DNA from: a virus
IMG/VR virus record: IMGVR_UViG_3300043675_000007
Location: 4,556-68,555 of that record
Strand: one strand, 5' to 3'
DNA: 64,000 bases
The notes below the pieces were generated by a model. That model was not told the DNA's origin, searched no databases, and saw nothing but the letters and a program-made list of their open reading frames with translations. Below, piece by piece: positions 9,456 through 18,582 of the stretch. The stretch's first letter is position 1, and each line of letters starts with the position of its first letter. The position numbers and the translations under genes were made by a program.

Positions 9456-11113
9456 CAGCTGACGACGCCCTTGACATTGGGTCCGCTCGAACCGGAGACG
9501 AACACTGCGGTGCCGCCGGAGAGCTCGATCGCCTTGCCCGCTGCGCCGCCATTGGAGAAGGCACCGAAGTGTCCTGCGTGCGTCGTCCCAGGATTCGTGC
9601 CGTTCGCACCCACTGCACCAAAGTCGCCGCCAGGTTGCGCCGTGCCGATGCTGCCCGTGCCGTTATTGGTACCGGTGCCAGCGGCGCCGAAGGTGCCATT
9701 GGGGCCCGTCGAGGCATCGCCGCCATCCTGCGCAATGACACTGCCGCCGCCGATGAAGACGCCGCGTCCGCCGCGTCCGCCGCGACCGCCGCCTGCGCCG
9801 CCACCGCCGCCACCGCCGTTGCCAAGACCGTTGCTGCCGCCACCGCCATCGTCCGCGCCGGATGCGCCTCCTCCACCGCCGCCGCCCCAAATGAAGCCAC
9901 CGGCATTGGTGATGTTGAAGGTCGATCCGGACCCAGGGCCCAAGATGGCTTTGCCGCCGGGCTTACCCAGCGAGGCAGAGAGCACCGTGGCGCCGGAACC
10001 GGGAAAGCTCGCCACCGCCCCATCGCCGCCATCACCGCCCTTGCCGATGATGTAGCCCAAGTTGATCAGGTTGATCGTGCAGCCGGAGATAAGACCCGAG
10101 AGGTCGATCGCTGGCGTGAGGGGATTGGAAGCCTCAACGATTACGCCTTGTGCTACCAGAATGTTGATCGTCGCCGGAGCCCCCAACGTTCCAACAATGG
10201 CCTTTAAATTCCAGTCGAGGCAGTTGCTCGCGATGGTGATCGGCAGCGTGGTGCCGGAGCCTGCGTTTAAGTTTCCAGTCTGGCTCACCAGCCACTTATT
10301 GAGCGCGGCGTTGTAGAGCAGGCTGAATTTGTCCACCGCGCCTGGACCTGTGCCGAGCACCGGGTTGACGCCGTTCTGAAACAGGAACACCGCATTCCAC
10401 GTGAGCAGGCGCGAGCCCGTGCCGTCCTGAACCACGAGCAAGTCGATCTTCATGCCATCGTGCACATTCGCGGGCGCACCCATCACGCGATTGCCGGTCA
10501 GGGTGAGGCTCTGGCTGTTGCCCAGGTTGCAGTCGATGATCGTCGTCGGCAGCTCGGTCGCATTCTGAAAGGGGAAGCTCGTCGGGATACTGATCGAGTT
10601 CAAGACGATCGTATTGGCGATGACTTCCGCACCGGTGCGGGACTGGCGCACCCAGTTGGCCGCAGGGATGCCATTCAAGGAAGTGGCGCTCGAGGCGGCC
10701 GCCACCACCGCGAAGCAGTTGGTGCCATCGCACCAGATCAGGCGAATCTCGCCGGTCTGCACCGTCGTGGTCGACGTTGAACCCGAGTAGGTGAACTGCA
10801 GCGGCTGGCCGGTCTGATTGTTGATGAGATACATCTTCCCCGGCACGCTCGAGGGCACGGTCACGACAACAGTCCCCAAGGGCGGCGTGCCGACAAAGAG
10901 CAAGGAGAAAAACCTTGAGGTCGACGCGGCGCCTGGCGATAAAGCGGGCAGGGAGAAAGTCGTCGCACTGCCGATGTTGATCGCGGTCCAGCCGGTGATC
11001 GAGGTATCGAGCAGGTTCAGCGCATCGGAATTGAGCGTCGCTCCCCATGTGTTGTTGTACGCGCCGGTCGCTGGCAGGCGCACTTGCAGGAAAGTCGTGA
11101 ATGAATCAGCCAT
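9455..11113 (-). CDS. tail fibre protein with Gly-rich C-terminal domain
   Basis: N-terminal TWGATLN..LLD fibre-attachment motif, QDGTGSRLLTW segment, and a long Gly-rich C-terminal region. Confidence 0.75.
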   Translation of the reverse strand: MADSFTTFLQVRLPATGAYNNTWGATLNSDALNLLDTSITGWTAINIGSATTFSLPALSPGAASTSRFFSLLFVGTPPLGTVVVTVPSSVPGKMYLINNQTGQPLQFTYSGSTSTTTVQTGEIRLIWCDGTNCFAVVAAASSATSLNGIPAANWVRQSRTGAEVIANTIVLNSISIPTSFPFQNATELPTTIIDCNLGNSQSLTLTGNRVMGAPANVHDGMKIDLLVVQDGTGSRLLTWNAVFLFQNGVNPVLGTGPGAVDKFSLLYNAALNKWLVSQTGNLNAGSGTTLPITIASNCLDWNLKAIVGTLGAPATINILVAQGVIVEASNPLTPAIDLSGLISGCTINLINLGYIIGKGGDGGDGAVASFPGSGATVLSASLGKPGGKAILGPGSGSTFNITNAGGFIWGGGGGGGASGADDGGGGSNGLGNGGGGGGGAGGGRGGRGGRGVFIGGGSVIAQDGGDASTGPNGTFGAAGTGTNNGTGSIGTAQPGGDFGAVGANGTNPGTTHAGHFGAFSNGGAAGKAIELSGGTAVFVSGSSGPNVKGVVS

Positions 11114-11127
11114 GTGTTACCCCAATT

Positions 11128-11997
11128 TCAAGCCGGTGGACCAGCCGGCTGCGGCACGGAGGCCACGGGCTGGAGCGGACTGTAGACACCGGCTCGGGCG
11201 GCAATCGCGATTTCCCCTCGAGCAGAAGGCAGGAGCTCTTGCTGGTACTTGGTCTTCATATCAGCGTACCGATCGTCAGCTTTTAAGAACTGTTCCGACT
11301 CCATCAAGCAGGCGGCAAAGAGCACATCGCCCAAGTTATCCCCAAAATAGGTGTTCTGAGCGACGACGATCGATTGCGGCCTTTGGATGTAGCGGCGCTT
11401 GATAAAGGACGTGTTGGCATCCGCGGCCGGCGCAGTTATCCACTGACTTGTCCCCTGATCTGCGAAGTAGTACGGCTTGCCGGGCGCGGCCGCTTGGTAG
11501 TTCTGAATGAACTCCCAGGAGCGTTTGACCATGAGCTTTGGGACACCGTTATAGATGCTCCAGAGGTTGCGCTCGGCCACGAACAGCGGATTGATGACGG
11601 CATTGGCGGTCGCCCCATTGGCCATCGGTAGCGGCCAGGTCGCTGTCATTTGCGTGTTGGTGAGGGTGACCGCCTGGATCTCATTGTCCGAGAAGGTGAC
11701 GACGTACACCCCGGTCGTGCCGGTGAACGCGGCGCTAAGCGTCGCACTGACGGCCGCCGGCGGTACGGGTGCAGTGAAGCTGATCGGCTGGCTGCCGTTC
11801 GGTTTCGCGATCGTGTTCTGTCCGGGCGTGACGGCCACCTGATCGGTCACATCGAATATCTCCAGGTCCATGTCACGGATCAGGCGCAGCTCTCCCATAA
11901 AGATCATGCGATTGATGTTAGTCAGGTACAGACCGCTCGATTTGAGTGGCCAGTCCTGCATCGCCTGGAATAACTGCTTGTAGCTGAAGCCTTGCAT
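11128..11997 (-). CDS. head-tail adaptor/tail tubular protein A-like
   Basis: ELRLIRD, GKPYYFA and DVLFAACLMES motifs. Position in the neck module. TAATG coupling to the upstream gene. Confidence 0.65.
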   Translation of the reverse strand: MQGFSYKQLFQAMQDWPLKSSGLYLTNINRMIFMGELRLIRDMDLEIFDVTDQVAVTPGQNTIAKPNGSQPISFTAPVPPAAVSATLSAAFTGTTGVYVVTFSDNEIQAVTLTNTQMTATWPLPMANGATANAVINPLFVAERNLWSIYNGVPKLMVKRSWEFIQNYQAAAPGKPYYFADQGTSQWITAPAADANTSFIKRRYIQRPQSIVVAQNTYFGDNLGDVLFAACLMESEQFLKADDRYADMKTKYQQELLPSARGEIAIAARAGVYSPLQPVASVPQPAGPPA

Positions 11998-12914
11998 TAG
12001 ACGGGACCTCGGACCCATGACTGGCGAACGGTGAGGGTGAGGGCGTGCGTGCTGTCCTTTGGAATCGGGTTATTGAGCCCGACCTGAATTTGCCCCATGG
12101 CCCCATTCGTCTGACCGCACGTGCAAAGAAGCGATGAGATGCCGCTGAAGTTGGCCGATGCACCGCCCCAGACCGAGCTTCGATCGATATGCAGGCTCCC
12201 AGGCGTGTAGGCGACGTCCGAGCCAGAGTCCTCGACCGCGGAAGTGCCTGTGGGTGCGCTCGTGAGCGCCCCAATCGCTCCGTGGAAGGCCGTTATCTGA
12301 GCACCGCCTGCGATATCGCCTAATTGCGCTGGCGCCCAGTTACCGGCGCCGGCGTTCGCTGCGCGTACGGTGTAGTTATAGCTCACGCCACCTAATGTCA
12401 CAGAGCCGGTGGTATCGGCAAGCGGCGGATAGATGCGAAATTCGTAGAAAACAGTGAGCGATTCGCCTGCAGTCACTGCCACGGTGGTCGGATTGCCGTT
12501 GCCATCCTTGATGAGGGCGCGGCTAAATAGTGCCGTGGGCGATAAGCCCACCCCCACCTCGGCAAGCACGCCGGTCGCGACCCCTACCGGGTAAAAGTAG
12601 GTGTTGATGCGACTGCCGTAGTAAGGACTCACGCCAAGCACGGATGAGGTGCTCCCGATGATATCGGTGCTCGAGGCGATGAGTGCGGCGAGCTGCGTAT
12701 CAGTATTCGCTGGCGCTGTGTTTCCACTACCGACACTGCACCCAGACAGCCACGTCGCCGTCGTGCCGATCTGATCCAAACCCCCGTTGGTGATGAGGTT
12801 TTCAAACCAATCGGCAAGAACTCGCTCGGTGGTGCCGTCGGCGGCGGTGGCCACGAGCTTGAAGAAACCGGCGACTCGCAGTTTGACGTCTATCTGCATG
12901 GGTGGGGCTCTCAT
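11997..12914 (-). CDS. virion structural (tail-associated) protein
   Basis: WFENLITNGGLD...GVLAEVG...LFSRALIKD resembles a phage tail-protein family. ATGA overlap with the upstream ORF. Confidence 0.6.
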   Translation of the reverse strand: MRAPPMQIDVKLRVAGFFKLVATAADGTTERVLADWFENLITNGGLDQIGTTATWLSGCSVGSGNTAPANTDTQLAALIASSTDIIGSTSSVLGVSPYYGSRINTYFYPVGVATGVLAEVGVGLSPTALFSRALIKDGNGNPTTVAVTAGESLTVFYEFRIYPPLADTTGSVTLGGVSYNYTVRAANAGAGNWAPAQLGDIAGGAQITAFHGAIGALTSAPTGTSAVEDSGSDVAYTPGSLHIDRSSVWGGASANFSGISSLLCTCGQTNGAMGQIQVGLNNPIPKDSTHALTLTVRQSWVRGPV

Positions 12915-13768
12915 GAGTTGGGGAAGGGGCCGATGGGGGTGTAATTGGAGGTGTAACGGGCTTCTTTGCTCACACGCCACTCATCGAACTTGTTACCAAC
13001 CTGGCTGTTGGTAAAGAAGCCCGCGCCAATCTTCAAGAAGCCGCCCGGCCACTTGATCTTGTTGTGATCGACCACACCGGCGAAGGCTTGGCCAACGCCA
13101 TTTAAGAATAAGAAGAACTGGCCGGCCGAACGTACGAGCGCCACTGCCGCCCAAGTGTTATTCGCGATCGGAACTGCGGTGGCGCCCGCTGCAATGGTAT
13201 CGGTCAGCACGATCTGGGCTTGAAGTTCGCCGCCGAGACTCGACGTCGTGTAAAGCATCAGGCCGCCATCGAGGTATCCGCTGCCGGAACCGATCTCAAA
13301 GAGCACCTGACTGGCCAGCGACTGTTGAACATTGATCCAGCCCTCGATGGTGAAATCCGTGTCACTCAAATCAAGCACCCCGCCTGCGTTACAGGGGGTT
13401 TGGACATTATCGGTGTTGGTGCCGATAAGTAGCGCGCCGGTACCAAATTCAGGGGCGGAAGTGGTCACCGCCGCCGTGCCGTGCGCGGTCACGGGCAGGT
13501 TATTCGATGAGGAATCCGGAAACGCGGTCGAGCCGTTCGTGCCGTCCATGTGCAGCAACAGCAGAACGTTGGCAAAGTCCGGGTCGATTGCCGTCAAGGT
13601 GCCACCGAGGAAATCGTTGCCGGTCTGGATGTCCTCGACGCTGTTGCCGGTCGGCGGCGAGAAAGCGCTGGTGTTACCACCCAAAAAGTCAGCACCCGCC
13701 TGCACGCTCGATAGGCCATTCACCTTCGGGAAGGTGATCGAGACGATATTGGAATTGGCGCTACCCAT
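12911..13768 (-). CDS. LamG/ConA-like lectin domain virion protein (possibly the +1 frameshift extension of 13761..14303)
   Basis: DPDFANVLLLLHMDG, DFTIEGWIN and FDEWRVSKEARYTSNYTP are typical LamG-like phage domain motifs. Confidence 0.75.
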   Translation of the reverse strand: MGSANSNIVSITFPKVNGLSSVQAGADFLGGNTSAFSPPTGNSVEDIQTGNDFLGGTLTAIDPDFANVLLLLHMDGTNGSTAFPDSSSNNLPVTAHGTAAVTTSAPEFGTGALLIGTNTDNVQTPCNAGGVLDLSDTDFTIEGWINVQQSLASQVLFEIGSGSGYLDGGLMLYTTSSLGGELQAQIVLTDTIAAGATAVPIANNTWAAVALVRSAGQFFLFLNGVGQAFAGVVDHNKIKWPGGFLKIGAGFFTNSQVGNKFDEWRVSKEARYTSNYTPIGPFPNS

Positions 13769-14303
13769 AGGTGTCGAAGAAGACCGCGTCATAGCCGGTC
13801 ACTTGGTAGAACCAAGGGCCAAAGCCAGGGGGGGTGTCGGTGTACGTTCTCGTCTCAATCGATAGCGCGCCAAATTCATCCGCCGTGTTCGCAAGGTTCG
13901 CCAACTGCGTCCAGACGAGGCCGTCGGGCGAGCGATTGACGAGGTAGCCGGCGGTCACCTGCGCGCCGCCGCTTCGGATTGGCCCATCTACATAGTTGCC
14001 GGTGTAGATATCTCCACTCACATCGCCATTGAAGCCAGACCAGGTGAGGGCAACGCTCACACCGACCACATTGGCCACGAGCACAGGCGGAGATATAAAC
14101 ACCGTGTCGACCGCTGGCTTGAACAGGGCCAGGGGGTCAGAGACCACGGCCAAGCGCTCTTGCGGCTGCGGCGGGTCGTAGCAGCCCTGACATACCCGAA
14201 TGTTCGGATAGTAGCCATCCATCACGAGTTCTTTGAGCAAATACCGCAGGCCGCAGCGCTGGCACAAACCCCAAGCGATAGAACCACGCGCGTACATCGG
14301 CAT
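13761..14303 (-). CDS. neck-module Cys4 (CxxC...CxxC) protein fused to an FN3-like domain
   Basis: CQRCG...VCQGCYD..QPQ at the N-terminus, followed by an FN3-like pattern LTWS...GYLVNRS...W...YTDT...FYQVTGYD. Confidence 0.65.
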   Translation of the reverse strand: MPMYARGSIAWGLCQRCGLRYLLKELVMDGYYPNIRVCQGCYDPPQPQERLAVVSDPLALFKPAVDTVFISPPVLVANVVGVSVALTWSGFNGDVSGDIYTGNYVDGPIRSGGAQVTAGYLVNRSPDGLVWTQLANLANTADEFGALSIETRTYTDTPPGFGPWFYQVTGYDAVFFDTYG

Positions 14304-14364
14304 CAGGATTTCTCCTGACTAGATCGGGCGTGGCCTATCGCTTGTGGCTTCAACGGACATCCTT

Positions 14365-14559
14365 CTACTTCGAACCGATACCTGGGAACTTCGCGTGCAC
14401 CTTGCGCTTGATCACCGCCTGCTCGGCCGGGCTCGCGTAATGCGCCATCGAGAGAGCCGCCCGACCATGATTCTCGTCATTGAGCGGGTAACGACCGCCG
14501 GGCAAGGCAAACTCCTGGCTCGGCAGTTCCTTGCGCCGCTCGGTCGTGAGGCGCGTCAC
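14365..14559 (-). CDS. small basic phage protein
   Basis: RKELPSQEFALPGGRYPLNDENHGRAAL resembles a recurrent small phage protein family. Coupled to the upstream gene. Confidence 0.55.
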   Translation of the reverse strand: MTRLTTERRKELPSQEFALPGGRYPLNDENHGRAALSMAHYASPAEQAVIKRKVHAKFPGIGSK

Positions 14560-14990
14560 GCCGGCACACCTAAGAAGGCCTTCTGCTCCGCGGTGAGTTT
14601 CAGTGCGATCGCCCGGGCCGGGGTCATCTTGATCGCGGCCACGTCCGCCGCGGACAAGCCGTTGGTCAATTGATCGTGGGTCAAGCCCAGCGCAGCCGCT
14701 TGGATGGGGCTGAAATTCAGCGCCTTGATGGCCACTGCGGGGTGCTGGCTGCCATTCGGCAGAGGGGAGCGTGCAGGCGGCGCCGGCGTCAGCGGTGCAT
14801 CTCCGGTGCGGGCGCTCTCGACCGTGGCACCTGACAGGATCAGGTCACGCACCTTGAGCAAGTCCCACACGCCATCGACGGCGGAATAGGTTTCGGTCAA
14901 CGCCACATCCTTGCCGGCGACGTAGTCGTACATCAGCTTCGAGTCTGGATTCCAGCCGAATCGTGGTTTGGGATTGATCAGGTTAGACAT
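14556..14990 (-). CDS. hypothetical protein
   Basis: AAGGAG ribosome-binding site upstream of MSNLINPKP. Short internal repeats near the C-terminus. Confidence 0.5.
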   Translation of the reverse strand: MSNLINPKPRFGWNPDSKLMYDYVAGKDVALTETYSAVDGVWDLLKVRDLILSGATVESARTGDAPLTPAPPARSPLPNGSQHPAVAIKALNFSPIQAAALGLTHDQLTNGLSAADVAAIKMTPARAIALKLTAEQKAFLGVPA

Positions 14991-15044
14991 AAGAAGCTCC
15001 TTCGGAAGTAGATGGGCAAACTCAAGTAGCCAAAGTGCCGCCAT

Positions 15045-15767
15045 TTACCAGCGGCCGCGCCTGCGGCGAAAAATTGAGAAGCGCACATCGCCCCAGTCGC
15101 GGTTCGCATCGAGCGCGAGCGCGAGCTGTCCGCCGGTGTTGCGCGGGTTCGGGTCCGAGCCCCGGTAGTAGTTTTGCAGCACCTCGTATCGGCCCGCGTT
15201 GAACTTCATCGCGAGCTTTGCCGCCATCCCCGCGTGCAAGGCCTCGAGCATCTCGGGGCGGGTCTGCAGCTGCCCCGATAGGTCATCTGAGGGCTGCGAG
15301 GTGTTCATCATCGCCCAGTAGAAAATCTGATCCGTATTGTTCTCAGGGCTGCGCCACATGGTGAGCACGCACTGGTTGTACTGCCGGTCGATCAAATAGC
15401 GATCGGGGCGGCCCAGCTGGCTCTTGTCCGGAATCTCCAAGTACTCATCGCGAGACATCGGATTGATTGGTGTATCGCGCCCGTCGCGCCGCAAGATCGC
15501 ATCCTGCACGGTGAGCACCCCCACGGGCAGCGTGACGGTCGGGCCGGTGATCACATTGGTGGTGAGGCTTTGCTGAAGGAACTGATAGGTGCGGATGCCA
15601 AGACCCAACCACTCGGAGTTGAGCATGAGGAAGAGGCTGCGCAGGAACGATTCGATGTGATCGTTCCCGATCGCCTTCGCAGCCACGCCGGCGCGCTCGA
15701 AGCACTCGCTGGAGATGGTCGCAAGATCCGGCGAGTAGTAAGCGATGTTGCCGGTGATGCCGGGCAT
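15045..15767 (-). CDS. head-tail connector/adaptor protein
   Basis: ECFERAG, RSLFLML.EW, MSRDEYLEIPDK..GRP and EALHAGMAAKLAMK motifs. Position downstream of the capsid genes. Confidence 0.7.
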   Translation of the reverse strand: MPGITGNIAYYSPDLATISSECFERAGVAAKAIGNDHIESFLRSLFLMLNSEWLGLGIRTYQFLQQSLTTNVITGPTVTLPVGVLTVQDAILRRDGRDTPINPMSRDEYLEIPDKSQLGRPDRYLIDRQYNQCVLTMWRSPENNTDQIFYWAMMNTSQPSDDLSGQLQTRPEMLEALHAGMAAKLAMKFNAGRYEVLQNYYRGSDPNPRNTGGQLALALDANRDWGDVRFSIFRRRRGRW

Positions 15768-15771
15768 GGCC

Positions 15772-16335
15772 TTACGCTCGCGCCAGGCCCTGAACTACCT
15801 CGAGCGTGATGCTGCCGGCCGTCAGTGCCGTGACGTGGAGGCGCACCGCCATGCAAGGCGTCGTCAAGGATGCTGATTGGCGGGTCGTCGCTGCGGTCAA
15901 GGCGGCTTGCAGTGGAAAGACGCGAAGCGCGATCGCTTCGGTGTACGGCGTACCGATCAGCGCGCCCGTGTTGCCCACCGCGTAGGTGAGGCTCGTCGGG
16001 GTCGGCGTGGAGACCACCGTCTGATCGCCATCGAGGTTCGGATCTCCACTGTTGAAGACCTTCACCGCATCGTTGGCGAGAAGGCCATGCGGATTGGCAA
16101 AGACGATGGTTGCAACAGCGGCTACGCGGATGAGCGAGAGCAGGTTGTTGCGAGTCGTCTTGCCCTGATTCGGATTATCCGGCGTGTACTCAACAGAGTA
16201 TGTCGCCGCGGCGCTTGCATCCTCGGAGAGTGATGCGAAGAGGCCTAGGTTGAAATTGGTCTGGACATAGTCCACGGGCAACCACGGGGAGACGCCGGGT
16301 GCGCCCGTGATGGTGGCTTTGATGGGTGATCGCAT
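15772..16335 (-). CDS. virion structural protein with an inserted beta-hairpin (FCCH-like) module
   Basis: Core TYSVEYT.D...AVRL.VT..GSITL.VVQ interrupted by ATIVFANPHGL..D.V.V. Confidence 0.55.
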   Translation of the reverse strand: MRSPIKATITGAPGVSPWLPVDYVQTNFNLGLFASLSEDASAAATYSVEYTPDNPNQGKTTRNNLLSLIRVAAVATIVFANPHGLLANDAVKVFNSGDPNLDGDQTVVSTPTPTSLTYAVGNTGALIGTPYTEAIALRVFPLQAALTAATTRQSASLTTPCMAVRLHVTALTAGSITLEVVQGLARA

Positions 16336-16345
16336 CGAATTCTCC

Positions 16346-16663
16346 TTACCGGCGCATCAGCGGCTGCCCTGCCGGCATGCCCGTGGTGGCCATAGCCGGG
16401 GCTTGCGGGGCAGCGGGTGCTGGCATCGGCCCAGCGGTCGGGCGCGGCGCAATCACAGGGGCGGTGACCGGCGTGCCGCCAGACATGATCTGCGGCTGTG
16501 GCCCTGACGGGTTGTAGATGGGCGCGCCTTGCTGGCCCATGGTGGGTTGCGGCCGAGTCGGGACCTGAGGTAACACCGGACTTGTCATCGGCCGCTGCAC
16601 CTGGGGCTGCTGGCGCATGCCAGGGCCCATCTGCATATCGTCTCTGATGCTGCGTGATGCCAT
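16346..16663 (-). CDS. Pro/Gln/Met-rich hypothetical protein
   Basis: Fills the gap between structural genes on the coding strand. Low complexity. Confidence 0.45.
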   Translation of the reverse strand: MASRSIRDDMQMGPGMRQQPQVQRPMTSPVLPQVPTRPQPTMGQQGAPIYNPSGPQPQIMSGGTPVTAPVIAPRPTAGPMPAPAAPQAPAMATTGMPAGQPLMRR

Positions 16664-16668
16664 CGCTT

Positions 16669-17577
16669 TTAAGCCGGTGTCACGCCAAAGAGCGTCACCT
16701 GCGTGGAAGCATCGACCGGCTTGATGAGCGCCGAGTAGAAGCTCGAGCCGTTCAAAGCGGCGGTGGCCGTCACCGTGCCGCGCACATCTCCGGTGGTGGA
16801 GGTAGCCGGGCTCGTGACATCCGCCTTAACAAAAGTCGGCACATCGGCCAAGTCATTGAAGGCACCTGCGAAGAAATCACCCGACTGGGTGCGAAATGGC
16901 AGACCCAACACGTTGCCGGTTCCCACCGTGGCCGCGGTCACCGTGGCATTGAAGCTGAACGAGAGGACGGTCGAGAAGGCCTTCTTACCGGTGAAAGCCA
17001 CCCCTGATGGGCTCGCTTCGGTTTGTGGCTGGCCATATATGTCGAGGCCGACGACCGTCAGGATGGCCGTACCGGTCCAGGCGGCAATGACGTTGCGCGC
17101 CACATCGAGAACACCGCCCACCGCGCCATTGATGAGGCCATTCACGCCGCTGGTGACACCTTGCGAGAGCGCGATCGCATTCGCGGTGCCCAAGACCGGG
17201 GGCTGGCCGCCGACGGTGATGGTTGCCGTGACGCCATTGACCAGGCCCGCGCTGGTGCCATAGCCGCCGCCGGTCTGCGGAAAGCTTGCCGGGAGGAAGG
17301 GACACGTGGTCGCCCCGTTGGTGAAGATGCCATTTAGGACTTCGCCATCGGAGAAGGTGATCGGATAGATGCCGGATGCGCCGGCCCAGTTGGCAGACAG
17401 GGTGCCGGAGACCGCGCCAGCGGCGAGGGTTCCGGTGAAGGCCGCAGCACGATTGCCTACCGGCTTGAATCGGTAAAACTCGTGGACTTCACCACCGGGC
17501 TTGCCGGCCTGGTAATTGCCGAGCGCGGCGCGTCCGAAGAAAAGCTGATTCGCTCGAGACAGTAATTGGCGTGACAT
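16669..17577 (-). CDS. capsid decoration/head fibre protein
   Basis: Immediately after the major capsid gene, with AGGAG RBS. DVARNV, G.DIYGQ..TE and GKKAF motifs. Confidence 0.6.
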   Translation of the reverse strand: MSRQLLSRANQLFFGRAALGNYQAGKPGGEVHEFYRFKPVGNRAAAFTGTLAAGAVSGTLSANWAGASGIYPITFSDGEVLNGIFTNGATTCPFLPASFPQTGGGYGTSAGLVNGVTATITVGGQPPVLGTANAIALSQGVTSGVNGLINGAVGGVLDVARNVIAAWTGTAILTVVGLDIYGQPQTEASPSGVAFTGKKAFSTVLSFSFNATVTAATVGTGNVLGLPFRTQSGDFFAGAFNDLADVPTFVKADVTSPATSTTGDVRGTVTATAALNGSSFYSALIKPVDASTQVTLFGVTPA

Positions 17578-17619
17578 TGAAAGCTCCTAAGCAGCCTGGG
17601 TAGGCATCGGTGTCAACGG

Positions 17620-17647
17620 AGGGGGTTGCCTCTTCGGCTCACCCCCT
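17620..17647 (-). other. stem-loop in the intergenic spacer after the major capsid gene
   Basis: AGGGGGT/ACCCCCT outer stem with a GCC/GGC inner stem. No U-tract, so more likely a stability or processing element than an intrinsic terminator. Confidence 0.5.
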
Positions 17648-17664
17648 GGACAGTGGTCGAGGTA

Positions 17665-18570
17665 TTAATTTCCAGAGGCGGCGGCACCTCGAGGATTCGT
17701 CCAGCCCTGGCTGTAGCGCTCGCTGATCTTGTAGCGCAGGTTGCCCGTCTCGAAGTCTCCCTCGAGGCCCTTCTTCAGGGAGCGGCGGTTAAATGCCCGC
17801 AGGCCATCCGGCACATCCGTGATCAAGAACCACTGCGTGGGGTTGAACAGATACCGATTGACGGAGAAGCCGTCGCGGATCGTGCCCAACTTGAACAGCG
17901 CATTGATGTTGTTATCGCCGGTGTCCGGCTGATACGGCGTCATCAGCAGACGTGCTGCGACGAATTGCAGTTCGGTCGGGATGACGAGCTTCTTGATCAT
18001 CGCGCGCACCGGAATCTGCCGCTCATCCGTCCACTCAGCAATCTGGATGCTGATCTGCTCCAAGGCCGCTTCCGACAATTGCGCGGATGTAGCGAGCATG
18101 TTGGACAGGACCCCTCCGCCGCCAAGTGGGTGCGCGGTGGAGAAAAGTGGGACTTGATCGCCGCCCGGATTGGTGGCCGAGAAACCGAAGTTCAGGATAT
18201 TGGTGCGGTTCAATTCCTTCGAGTACTTCATCGAGCGGCCCATCGCGCGAGCGATCTGGCTGCCCATGGTCAGGTACAAGTTGTCTTCGACCGCTTCCTC
18301 GGTGATGGCGACAGCCTTGACGATCGTGGCGTGCTGGTAGCGCGACACGAAGGTTTCGAACATATCGTCGTACTCGACCGCACTGCCTTCGGGCTTGGTC
18401 TGCCCGGGGCCGGTGCCAGCCATCATCACGTCCTCTTCGTATGCCTTCTCGGAGGGGCTCTCGACGAAGATATCCGGCCAGAGGTCCGGATACTCCGTGT
18501 AGGCCAGGCCGACAACGGCATTCAAACCAAGCTGCAGTTGCTTGCGTTCGTCTGTTCTTAAGATGGTCAT
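17665..18570 (-). CDS. major capsid protein (HK97 fold, Mu gpT-like family)
   Basis: SEKAYEE, KPEGSAV.YD, ITEEAVEDNLY, GGDQVPLFSTAHP and DFETGNLRYKISERYS.GW.NPR motifs. AGGAG RBS. Confidence 0.9.
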   Translation of the reverse strand: MTILRTDERKQLQLGLNAVVGLAYTEYPDLWPDIFVESPSEKAYEEDVMMAGTGPGQTKPEGSAVEYDDMFETFVSRYQHATIVKAVAITEEAVEDNLYLTMGSQIARAMGRSMKYSKELNRTNILNFGFSATNPGGDQVPLFSTAHPLGGGGVLSNMLATSAQLSEAALEQISIQIAEWTDERQIPVRAMIKKLVIPTELQFVAARLLMTPYQPDTGDNNINALFKLGTIRDGFSVNRYLFNPTQWFLITDVPDGLRAFNRRSLKKGLEGDFETGNLRYKISERYSQGWTNPRGAAASGN

Positions 18571-18582
18571 GGTGCTGCGCTC

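Noticed and set aside
9560-10045. (CCG)n-like repeats
   Set aside because: Explained by the Gly-rich coding region of the tail fibre on the minus strand.
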